Part shown: one piece after another, positions 47,642-59,174 of the stretch | How the letters are laid out: every line of letters begins with the position of its first letter | How positions within the stretch are numbered: the stretch's first letter is position 1 | From: Burkholderiales bacterium | Lineage (GTDB): Bacteria > Pseudomonadota > Gammaproteobacteria > Burkholderiales > JABEVD01 | Assembly (NCBI GenBank): GCA_019753155.1 | Contig: JAIELG010000003.1 | Span: 1,524-65,523, forward strand | Length of the DNA stretch: 64,000 nt | Direction: 5' to 3' | Position numbers and translations under genes: made by a program | Notes under the pieces: generated by a model | What the model saw: only the letters and a program-made list of their open reading frames with translations | Database searches by the model: none | Told to the model about the DNA's origin: nothing

Positions 47642-47760
47642 CGATCGAGATTGCCTTTCTCCGAAACAATTTCCGAAAGCTGCTCCGCCGAGATCATTTT
47701 TTCAAGCCGAGTATTTTATGATTATAAACGAAAATCGTTCGCCTACGGCACGCGGTACGC

Positions 47761-47775
47761 GGCACGCAATTCGCT
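47761..47775 (+). promoter_or_regulatory. candidate sigma54 (-24/-12) promoter
   Basis: GGCACGcaatTCGCt versus the consensus GGCACG-N4-TTGCW. GG-to-GC spacing is correct, with one mismatch in the -12 box. It lies 60 nt upstream of the diiron-protein ATG and is the third unit of the tandem GGCACGC GGTACGC GGCACGC (47747-47767). Confidence 0.3.
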
Positions 47776-47835
47776 GTAATGAACCAAAAGATCGCCGCTT
47801 GGTCTAGAATAAATTACCGATTTCAGGGAAGCGGC

Positions 47836-48672
47836 ATGATCGAAAAGGGACACAAGAACTGGCGCCTGGAGGACATCGACTTCAGCATGCTGCGCAGGGA
47901 ACTGGTGGTCAATGACGAGCGTCTTTTTTACCTGCTCGCCTCCGCCTCCTTCGTCGAAATCCTCTCGGAAATTTATACGGATAACCTGATCGAGCACTAC
48001 CGGGGAAACGACGATGCCGCGCTCTGGCTGAAGCAAACCTGGCAGCGCGAAGAATTGCAGCACGGCAGATCGCTCAAAGCCTACGTCAAGGCAGTCTGGC
48101 CCGAATTCGACTGGGAAGCAAGTTTCTCAGGATTTGCCGCCGAATACGGACTATTGTGTTCCATGAGCAACCTGGAATCGAGTCGCGCTCTCGAAATGAT
48201 GGCGCGCTGCGTGGTCGAAACCGGCACATCCACCCTTTACCGATGCCTGTACGATTATGCGAAGGAACCCGTCCTGAAACATATTCTCGCCAACATCAAG
48301 GCGGACGAAGTCAGGCATTACGCCAAGTTCAGGCGTCTTTTCATCGAACTCAATCACGCCGAAAACAAGGGCGCGCTGGCCGCACTCCACGTCATCTGGA
48401 AACGCATGCTGGAAATTCACGGCGAAGACGGTTACATCGCGTTCAAGCATGCCCACAGATGCCGATGCGGCGCTTCCGAAAGTCTCGACCGGGACTGGAT
48501 TGGATTCAAGAACGGGCTGAATGCCTTGGTGCGACGCCACTACCCTTTCCACATGGCAGTCGAAATGCTGCTCTCGCCCGTACCGCTTTCCTCGCGCATG
48601 AAAAGGATGCTTGGATTTCCCCTGACCGGGCTTGCCCGCATTGCGGTTATCATTCAGGGTGCCGCTTTCTGA
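47836..48672 (+). CDS. ferritin-like diiron-carboxylate protein (AurF/desaturase-like)
   Basis: ATG at 47836 after GGGAAG. Two ExxH motifs are present (REELQHGRS and ADEVRHYAKF), plus the upstream acidic SFVEILSE. All-helical. Confidence 0.6.
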   Translation: MIEKGHKNWRLEDIDFSMLRRELVVNDERLFYLLASASFVEILSEIYTDNLIEHYRGNDDAALWLKQTWQREELQHGRSLKAYVKAVWPEFDWEASFSGFAAEYGLLCSMSNLESSRALEMMARCVVETGTSTLYRCLYDYAKEPVLKHILANIKADEVRHYAKFRRLFIELNHAENKGALAALHVIWKRMLEIHGEDGYIAFKHAHRCRCGASESLDRDWIGFKNGLNALVRRHYPFHMAVEMLLSPVPLSSRMKRMLGFPLTGLARIAVIIQGAAF

Positions 48673-48674
48673 AC

Positions 48675-48705
48675 GGGATTGCCCCCCCGACAAGAGGGCG
48701 ATCCC
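48675..48705. terminator. GC-rich hairpin between convergent transcription units
   Basis: GGGATTGCCC-ccccgacaaga-GGGCGATCCC, a 10-bp stem with one G:T wobble. No clear U-tract on either strand. Confidence 0.4.
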
Positions 48706-48716
48706 GTGATGAGACT

Positions 48717-48809
48717 TTATTTGGAGCCGGAAACAAGCATCAAGAGCGCAACCAAAATGAACGGTGCGAAAACGATATAAAAACCATAGCTATTCATTGC
48801 ATCATGCAT
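48717..48809 (-). CDS. possible 30-aa hydrophobic small protein
   Basis: The minus strand has a GGAGAG SD, a 6-nt spacer, then ATG. Translation: MHDAMNSYGFYIVFAPFILVALLMLVSGSK*. One TM-like segment. It is absent from the ORF track because of its length. Confidence 0.3.
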   Translation of the reverse strand: MHDAMNSYGFYIVFAPFILVALLMLVSGSK

Positions 48810-48956
48810 TGTAGTCTCTCCGAAATGATTTAGTTTTTTGCGTCGGCAAAGGCAATGATACCCAATACCATTCTCAGTATATCACCGTAGTCCCGTTTGA
48901 AGGGGTATCGCCTCGAAATTTCAACGAGCGGAACAGGTAACGCCGACCCTCGACAC

Positions 48957-48974
48957 AAGCCCGTTTCGGGGCTT
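48957..48974 (-). terminator. short hairpin immediately after the hslU stop
   Basis: AAGCCC-gtttcg-GGGCTT. It begins 2 nt after the TAG of hslU on the minus strand and has no U-tract. Confidence 0.3.
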
Positions 48975-48975
48975 G

Positions 48976-50289
48976 CTACAGCACATACCTCGACAGATCC
49001 TCGCTCTGCGCAAGATCCGCAAGACGCTGGTTGACGAAATCCGCGTCGATGCTCACCGTCTCTCCGGAGAGACTCGCGGCATCGAACGAGATTTCTTCCA
49101 GAAGCCGCTCCATCACGGTATACAGGCGCCGCGCGCCGATGTTTTCCGTCTTCTCGTTGACCGAATAGGCGATTTGGGCAAGCTGTTTGATCCCATCGGC
49201 CATGAAATCGAGCCTCACTCCCTCCGTTTCCAGGAGTGCCTGGTATTGCACGGTAAGGCAGGCGTGAGTATTGGTCAGTATCTGCTCGAAGTCTGAAACG
49301 GAAAGCGAATCGAGTTCCACCCGGATGGGAAAGCGCCCCTGCAGCTCGGGAACAAGGTCGGAAGGCTTGGCAAGATGGAACGCCCCACTCGCTATGAATA
49401 GAATATGGTCGGTTTTCACCATGCCGTATTTGGTGGACACGGTGGTGCCTTCGACGAGCGGCAACAGATCCCGCTGCACCCCCTGGCGGGAGACGTCGGA
49501 ACCCATGGATTCCGAACGACTCGTGATCTTGTCGATTTCGTCGAGAAAGACTATCCCGTTCTGCTCGACATTCTTCAGCGCGGAAAGCTTCAATTCCTCG
49601 TCGTTGATGAGCCTCCCGGCTTCCTCCTCGGTCAGAATCCTCATGGCTTCAATAATTTTGAGCTTTCTCTGTTTCCTCTTGCCGCTGCCGATGTTATGAA
49701 ACATGCCCTGGATCTGGGATGTCAGATCCTCCATCCCGGGCGGGCCGAATATCTCCATGGAAGGCTGGACAGCAGCAATTTCGATCTCGATCTCCCTGTC
49801 ATCGAGCTGACCTTCCCTCAGCATTTTCCTGAATTTCTGGCGCGTCGAACTTTCCTCGGATTCGATCCCGCGTCCTGGAGGAATCAGCGTATCCAGCACC
49901 CGCTCTTCCGCGACATCCGCTGCCCGCTGCCTGACCTTCCTCGTCGCGTCCTCGCGCGCATCCTTGATCGCGGTCTCCACCAGATCCCGGATGATCGAAT
50001 CCACATCCCGCCCGACGTAACCGACTTCGGTGAACTTGGTCGCCTCGACCTTGATGAAAGGCGCATCCACAAGCTTCGCAAGACGCCTTGCAATCTCGGT
50101 TTTGCCCACCCCGGTAGGCCCGATCATCAATATGTTCTTGGGAGTGATTTCCTGTCTCAAGGCTTCCGGAACCTGCTGCCTGCGCCAGCGGTTCCTGAGC
50201 GCGATGGCAACAGCGCGCTTGGCATCCTTCTGGCCGATGATGTGCTTGTCGAGTTCATGCACGATTTCCTGCGGAGTCATCTGCGACAT
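48976..50289 (-). CDS. hslU: ATP-dependent protease ATPase subunit HslU
   Basis: [34 protein letters not shown], Walker [16 protein letters not shown] and IVFLDEIDK. Confidence 0.95.
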   Translation of the reverse strand: MSQMTPQEIVHELDKHIIGQKDAKRAVAIALRNRWRRQQVPEALRQEITPKNILMIGPTGVGKTEIARRLAKLVDAPFIKVEATKFTEVGYVGRDVDSIIRDLVETAIKDAREDATRKVRQRAADVAEERVLDTLIPPGRGIESEESSTRQKFRKMLREGQLDDREIEIEIAAVQPSMEIFGPPGMEDLTSQIQGMFHNIGSGKRKQRKLKIIEAMRILTEEEAGRLINDEELKLSALKNVEQNGIVFLDEIDKITSRSESMGSDVSRQGVQRDLLPLVEGTTVSTKYGMVKTDHILFIASGAFHLAKPSDLVPELQGRFPIRVELDSLSVSDFEQILTNTHACLTVQYQALLETEGVRLDFMADGIKQLAQIAYSVNEKTENIGARRLYTVMERLLEEISFDAASLSGETVSIDADFVNQRLADLAQSEDLSRYVL

Positions 50290-50293
50290 CTTG

Positions 50294-50830
50294 TCACTCC
50301 AAAACTTCTATTCTGTGCTGCTGATTGGTATAAATGCATAGATCTCCGGCGATCTCCAGCGATTTCTTGACAATTTCATGCGGAGAATACTCCGTATTCT
50401 CCAGCAGGGCGCGGGCTGCGGACTGCGCATAAGGGCCGCCGCTTCCGATCGCCACGATGCCGAATTCGGGTTCGAGAACGTCCCCATTTCCGGTAATGAC
50501 AAGGGAAGTATGGGTATCCGCAACGGCAAGCATCGCCTCCAGCCTCCTCAGCATCCTGTCGGTTCTCCAGTCCTTGGCAAGTTCGACCGCCGAGCGCAAC
50601 AGATGCCCCTGGTGCTTCTCCAGCTTCGCTTCGAAACGCTCGAAGAGCGTGAAAGCATCCGCCGTCCCCCCCGCGAAACCGGCAAGGATGTTGTCGTGAA
50701 AAAGGCGCCTGACCTTCCTCGCGCCGGCCTTGACGACGATGTTGCCTAGCGTGACCTGCCCGTCTCCGCCAAGCGCGACGCTCGTGCCGCGCCTCACGGA
50801 AAGAATCGTAGTGCCGTGATATTGCTCCAT
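50294..50830 (-). CDS. hslV: ATP-dependent protease subunit HslV
   Basis: [28 protein letters not shown] has the Thr nucleophile after a short propeptide, as in other betaproteobacterial HslV proteins. Confidence 0.95.
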   Translation of the reverse strand: MEQYHGTTILSVRRGTSVALGGDGQVTLGNIVVKAGARKVRRLFHDNILAGFAGGTADAFTLFERFEAKLEKHQGHLLRSAVELAKDWRTDRMLRRLEAMLAVADTHTSLVITGNGDVLEPEFGIVAIGSGGPYAQSAARALLENTEYSPHEIVKKSLEIAGDLCIYTNQQHRIEVLE

Positions 50831-50831
50831 T

Positions 50832-51971
50832 TCATCCCACCTCTATGTCTATATGCGGACGATTTTCGAAAATATCCCTGTAGCTTGCGTAAGAAGACGT
50901 AAACATCAAGGGGATCATCAGAAGCAGCCCCAGGCCGAACGTGATTCCAGAGAGAAATGCCAGTGCGAGGAAAACGCTGCCAAACACCAGGAATGGCAAC
51001 ATGTTCGAAAAACATGCGGAAAAACTGAGACGCATCGCGACTTTCGCCTGCACCCCCCTGAAAATCACGAGCATGGGCGCAAACCAGATCATCATCATGA
51101 GGGGAATGGAAGCCGCCATCCCGACCAGCAGGGCAAGCATCACGCGGCTCATTTCGGCAGCCGGAAGGGTCGAGGGGTCAACGTCGCTGGTCCCGAAAAA
51201 GAACTTGCTCATCGTATCCCCTCCAAATGCGATCATCAGGCCCAGGATCAGCATCTGTCCGAAAAGGTAAACCCCGCCCACCAGGAAGAGTTGCTGGATG
51301 TCCTTCCTGAACCCCACGAACAGATGGGCAAGTTCGAGCTCGCCCCCCTGCTCCAGATCCCTGCAGCCCTGCATCAATCCCGCAGCGAATATCGGAGAGG
51401 CAAGGTATAGGACAATTTCTCCGGCAACCGGGATCAGGGACAGGGTCAGCCCGATACCGGTCAGGATCATGCACAGCACGATCCAGATCAGGGGCGCTTT
51501 CCTGAAGAGCATGAAGCCTTCCACCACCCACTGCCATCCCTGGCCCGCCCTGACCTGTCTGAATCCTTTTTCCGTTTGCTGAATCCGGGAAATCTCCGGC
51601 GCTGCCAGGGTCGCTCTCACCTTCGAGACTGACGCCATCAGCTCGCTGATGGTTTCTTCGGAGAAGGAAAGACGCCTCAGGTATTCGGCAAGCATTTCAT
51701 CGTCATAGCCCTTGAGCGCAAGATCGAGCGCGAGATTCAATTTTTCCCTGAAAGAAGCATCTTCTCCTTCTGCGTCATATTTCGCGCGCAATGCATGATC
51801 GGAAAGCACGGCATAGGCATGTGCCCATTGCCTGAAACGCATCCTTTCCTCCTCTTTCCCATTTTGCAACGCCCCCCAGTCGAACGCATGGGCACGGAAA
51901 GCCCTCAGAATATCCTCCTGAAGCGCCCCTTCCCGGGTGCCCAGAACGGCATAAAGCGATTCTTCGGCCAT
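50832..51971 (-). CDS. fusion of a degenerate J-like domain with a BPSS1780-type polytopic membrane domain
   Basis: Start set to the ATG at 51971, since the track start at 52166 would overlap bioA. The N-terminus [29 protein letters not shown]...[21 protein letters not shown] has the J-domain layout but lacks HPD. The C-terminus [34 protein letters not shown]...[12 protein letters not shown] resembles the BPSS1780 family. Confidence 0.65.
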   Translation of the reverse strand: MAEESLYAVLGTREGALQEDILRAFRAHAFDWGALQNGKEEERMRFRQWAHAYAVLSDHALRAKYDAEGEDASFREKLNLALDLALKGYDDEMLAEYLRRLSFSEETISELMASVSKVRATLAAPEISRIQQTEKGFRQVRAGQGWQWVVEGFMLFRKAPLIWIVLCMILTGIGLTLSLIPVAGEIVLYLASPIFAAGLMQGCRDLEQGGELELAHLFVGFRKDIQQLFLVGGVYLFGQMLILGLMIAFGGDTMSKFFFGTSDVDPSTLPAAEMSRVMLALLVGMAASIPLMMMIWFAPMLVIFRGVQAKVAMRLSFSACFSNMLPFLVFGSVFLALAFLSGITFGLGLLLMIPLMFTSSYASYRDIFENRPHIDIEVG

Positions 51972-52043
51972 GTAGGTTCCAAAACGGTTAAAATAAAGGT
52001 TCAAAGTATAAGCGTCTTTCGGACTAAAGACAGCATCCCGTCG

Positions 52044-53339
52044 ATGAAAAACAGCGATTTGATCCATAGAAGCCTGAAATCGGTATGGCATCCCTGCACC
52101 CAGATGAAGCAGCACGAATCGTTGCCGCTCATCCCGTTCGAGAGAGGCCAAGGCATCTGGCTCCATGACTTCGAAGGAAAGCGCTATCTGGATGCCATCA
52201 GTTCATGGTGGGTCAATCTCTTCGGTCATTGCAACCCAAGGATCAATTCAGCCATCTCGGCGCAGATGGAAAAGCTGGAACATGCCATCCTGGCAGGATG
52301 CACACATGAAGCGGTGGTCGAACTCTCGGAAAGACTCTCGGAAATCACGAGTCTCGGGCATGCTTTCTATGGGAGCGACGGCGCATCCGCAATTGAGATC
52401 GCGCTCAAGATGAGCTTTCACTACTGGAAAAATTCCGGGCATCCTGAAAAAAAGAATTTCATCAGCCTGGAAAACGGCTACCACGGCGAGACGCTCGGAG
52501 CTCTTTCCGTGACGGATGTCGCCATCTTCAGGGATACCTATTCCCCTCTTCTTGCGAACAGCATCCGGGTAAAATCCCCGGATTCACGCCTCGCGGAAAA
52601 AGGGGAGTCCCCACACGACTATGCCCTGCGCGCCGCAAAAAATCTCGAAGCCTTGCTCGAAACCTGCCATAAAACCACCGCCGCATTGATCCTGGAACCC
52701 CTGGTTCAGTGCGCAGCCGGCATGGGCATGCACCATCCCGTCTACCTCGCAAGAGCAAGGGTCTTGTGCGACACGTATGGCATACATCTCATCGCAGACG
52801 AAATCGCAGTCGGGTTCGGCAGGACCGGAACCCTTTTCGCCTGCGAACAGGCAGATATATTGCCGGATTTTCTTTGTCTCTCGAAAGGCATCACCGGAGG
52901 CTATCTCCCGCTTTCCGTGGTGCTTTCACAGGAGCAGATTTTCGATGCTTTTTATGACGACAGCCTCGCCCGAGCCTTCCTCCACTCCCATTCCTATACG
53001 GGCAATGCGCTCGCCTGCCGCGCCGCAATCGCGGTGCTCGACATTTTCGAGGAAGACGATGTCATCGAAAAGAATCAGGGAAAATCCGCTCTCATGAGCG
53101 CGAAAGCCGCTATCCTTTCCGGGCACCCCAAAGTCACGGGGTTTCGCAACACAGGCATGATATGGGCATTCGAGGTCGAAGACCCTTCGCCGGATTTTTC
53201 CCGGCACTTCCATCTCGGAGCCCTTGAGCGCGGGCTGCTGCTAAGACCGATAGGCAACACCGTCTATTTCATGCCGCCCTATGTCATCACGGAAGCCGAA
53301 ATCGAACTTCTCGTGGAAACCACCCTGGACATACTTTGA
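52044..53339 (+). CDS. bioA: adenosylmethionine-8-amino-7-oxononanoate aminotransferase
   Basis: ATG at 52044 (MKNSDLIHRSLKSVWHPCTQMKQHE...). Contains SSWWVNLFGH, HLIADEIAVGFGRTG and CLSKGITGGYLPLS (PLP lysine). Confidence 0.9.
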   Translation: MKNSDLIHRSLKSVWHPCTQMKQHESLPLIPFERGQGIWLHDFEGKRYLDAISSWWVNLFGHCNPRINSAISAQMEKLEHAILAGCTHEAVVELSERLSEITSLGHAFYGSDGASAIEIALKMSFHYWKNSGHPEKKNFISLENGYHGETLGALSVTDVAIFRDTYSPLLANSIRVKSPDSRLAEKGESPHDYALRAAKNLEALLETCHKTTAALILEPLVQCAAGMGMHHPVYLARARVLCDTYGIHLIADEIAVGFGRTGTLFACEQADILPDFLCLSKGITGGYLPLSVVLSQEQIFDAFYDDSLARAFLHSHSYTGNALACRAAIAVLDIFEEDDVIEKNQGKSALMSAKAAILSGHPKVTGFRNTGMIWAFEVEDPSPDFSRHFHLGALERGLLLRPIGNTVYFMPPYVITEAEIELLVETTLDIL

Positions 53340-54727
53340 AACTTGCACTCCTCCTCCTTTTGGTTGTCGTCCAGGCCAAAGCTTCAGAATTGCCTCGGGA
53401 AATCGGCGATGCACTCAAAAAATCCGGCATTTCCCAGGATCATGTCGGGATTTATGTCCGGGATGTCTCGAAAAAAAATCCCGTGATTTCATGGCGCGCG
53501 GACAATGCGATGAGTCCGGCATCGACCATGAAGCTCGTCACCAGCTACGCAGCGCTCTCTATCCTGGGGCCTGCCTATACCTGGAAAACCGAAGCCTATA
53601 TTCCGGGGAAAATCGTGAATGGAGCGCTCGACGGCCCCCTGATCCTGAAAGGATACGGCGACCCCAGGTTCGACATCGAGCGCATCCGACTTTTCGTGGA
53701 TGACATGAGAGCCAGGGGGCTGAAGGATATCAGGGGTGGCCTCGTCCTGGATCGCAGCTATTTCAGCACCAAAGAGAACCCCGGCAATTTCGACAACAGG
53801 CCGTACCGCCCCTATAACGTGACCCCCGATGCGCTGCTCGCCAATTTCGAAGCGACCAGCCTGAAATTCGTCCCGAACGAAAAAGGCATCGAAGTGATCG
53901 CGAAACCTGATTTCGGAAGCCTTTCCATCACGAACGCATTGACGCCATCGCAAGACCCATGCGGCGACTGGGAAGACAGGATTTCCAGCCGGATCGAGAG
54001 CGACGGCAAGCGCGCGAGACTCCATTTGAGCGGGGAATTCCCTATGGCCTGCGGAGAAAAGGAGGACAGCCTTGCCCTGTATGATCACTCCGAATATTTA
54101 TACCAGCTTTTCTCCAGGCTCTGGATGGCGTCCGGCGGCAAAATTGACGGCGCCTGGCGCGAAGGCCCCGCCCCCGTGGATGCGAAGCTGTTTGCAGTAT
54201 CCGAGTCGCCCCCGCTCTCCTCCGTCGTGATCGACATGAACAAGTTCAGCAACAACGTGATGGCAAGGCAGATGTTTCTCACTATCGGGGCGTTGAACAA
54301 TCCTCCCGGAACCGAACAATCCGCTGACGGCGCAGTCAAGGCATGGCTACGGGGACGCGGCCTTTCCTTTTCCGAACTCGTCATCGAAAACGGCTCGGGC
54401 CTCTCCAGGATGGAGCAGATCAGCGCGAGACATCTCGGGGAACTGCTGGAAGATGCCTATAACAGTCCGATCATGCCGACATTCTTCGCATCACTCCCCA
54501 TCGCCGGAATCGACGGCACGATGAAAAAAAGGCTGAAGAACACGCCGGTCGAAGGACGAGCCTGGATCAAGACGGGTGCGCTCGAAGAAACGAGGGCGAT
54601 TGCCGGAATCATCCAGACGCAATCCGGGAAAAGATTCGTGGTCGTGTGTTTCGTCAACGACCGTGAGGCGGCGAAAGCGAAGCCCGCGCAGGATAAACTC
54701 CTCGAATGGATCGAAAGCAGCCTTTAA
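53336..54727 (+). CDS. dacB: D-alanyl-D-alanine carboxypeptidase/endopeptidase (PBP4 family)
   Basis: TTG start overlaps the bioA stop (TTGA). It has a signal peptide, SPASTMKLVT (SxxK), FSNNVMA (SxN) and WIKTGAL (KTG). Confidence 0.85.
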   Translation: MKLALLLLLVVVQAKASELPREIGDALKKSGISQDHVGIYVRDVSKKNPVISWRADNAMSPASTMKLVTSYAALSILGPAYTWKTEAYIPGKIVNGALDGPLILKGYGDPRFDIERIRLFVDDMRARGLKDIRGGLVLDRSYFSTKENPGNFDNRPYRPYNVTPDALLANFEATSLKFVPNEKGIEVIAKPDFGSLSITNALTPSQDPCGDWEDRISSRIESDGKRARLHLSGEFPMACGEKEDSLALYDHSEYLYQLFSRLWMASGGKIDGAWREGPAPVDAKLFAVSESPPLSSVVIDMNKFSNNVMARQMFLTIGALNNPPGTEQSADGAVKAWLRGRGLSFSELVIENGSGLSRMEQISARHLGELLEDAYNSPIMPTFFASLPIAGIDGTMKKRLKNTPVEGRAWIKTGALEETRAIAGIIQTQSGKRFVVVCFVNDREAAKAKPAQDKLLEWIESSL

Positions 54728-54734
54728 CAGCCCG

Positions 54735-55192
54735 TCAAAAAAGTTCTTTCAACGATTGAAGATAGGCCGCAACAGCCGGCTCCCCTTCTTTCGGCGCCCA
54801 GGCAACCCGTTCCGCGTCCGAAAGCGGGACATAGGGCCCCGCTTTCGCTTCGAAAAAAACCGTTCCGGATTCGAGACATACCAAGGTGTGTATGGTCCCA
54901 TGCGAAACATCTACGCCGTAAAGCGCGCTTGCAGGATCGAGCACCGTCTTCATGACGATATCGCCTTCCTCCGAGAAGAACAGCACGCCCAGCTTCCCCC
55001 TCAGGAGGATGATCGTCTCGTCCTTTTCCGTATCGAGATGGCTGTGGGGCTGGATATAGGAATCGGGTTCCATCGCATTGAGCAGCCTGTTGCAGGCGCT
55101 GGCATCAAACGGATGAAAATTCAGGTTCCTGCGGCGCCTCGGTGTCGATGCAGCCTCCAGGCTCAGGGAATCCAGCATTGTTTTGTCCAAGA

Positions 55193-55196
<4 letters not shown>
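54735..55196 (-). CDS. WbuC-family cupin-fold metalloprotein
   Basis: 153 aa. The pattern PRRRRNLNFHP...IQPHSH...ETIILLRGKLGVLFF matches my recollection of the WbuC family. ATGA overlap with the dnaE stop. Confidence 0.7.
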
Positions 55197-58585
<3,389 letters not shown>

Positions 58586-58632
58586 GGGAGCATTTTACCA
58601 CCGCAACCCGGAATTTCGTCTATCCTGTAGAC

Positions 58633-59160
58633 ATGAAAAAACTCCCGTTCGCTATCTTTCTTTCAACGCTGGCATTCACGGCAAGTGGGACGAACATGAT
58701 TCTGACTTCTTCCGCCTTTTCGGAAGGCGGGCAAATCCCGAAGCAATTCACCTGCGACGGAGCGGACATATCCCCTCCGCTCTCGTGGAGCGGCATCCCG
58801 CCCGGGGCGAAAAGCCTCGTTCTCTTCATGGACGACCCGGATGCGCCGGACCCTGCACATCCCGGGATGGACTGGAGCCATTGGCTGCTCTACAACATTC
58901 CGCCGCAAACGCTTTCCCTGAAAGAAGGGTTGTCGGTGAGGGAACTGCCCAAAGGGACTCTGGCGGGCTGGACGGACTGGAAGAGCGCGCAGTACAGGGG
59001 CCCCTGCCCTCCTGTGGGCAGCCACCGCTATTTTCTCAGGCTCTACGCCCTCGACATCCTTCTCCCGGAACTCGGAAAGGCATCGAAAAGCAAAATAGAG
59101 GCCGCCATGCAGGGACATGTTCTGGAGAAAGCCGAACTTGTTGGAAAATACAGGCGCTGA
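58633..59160 (+). CDS. YbhB/YbcL-family PEBP (Raf-kinase-inhibitor-like) periplasmic protein
   Basis: Signal peptide, then FTCDGADISPPLSWSG, LVLFMDDPDAP and GPCPPVGSHRYFLRLYALD. Confidence 0.85.
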   Translation: MKKLPFAIFLSTLAFTASGTNMILTSSAFSEGGQIPKQFTCDGADISPPLSWSGIPPGAKSLVLFMDDPDAPDPAHPGMDWSHWLLYNIPPQTLSLKEGLSVRELPKGTLAGWTDWKSAQYRGPCPPVGSHRYFLRLYALDILLPELGKASKSKIEAAMQGHVLEKAELVGKYRR

Positions 59161-59169
59161 GAATCAGCG
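59155..59169. terminator. small hairpin at the convergent gene junction
   Basis: CGCTGA-gaa-TCAGCG. It includes the PEBP stop codon. Confidence 0.25.
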
Positions 59170-59174
59170 GCTCC

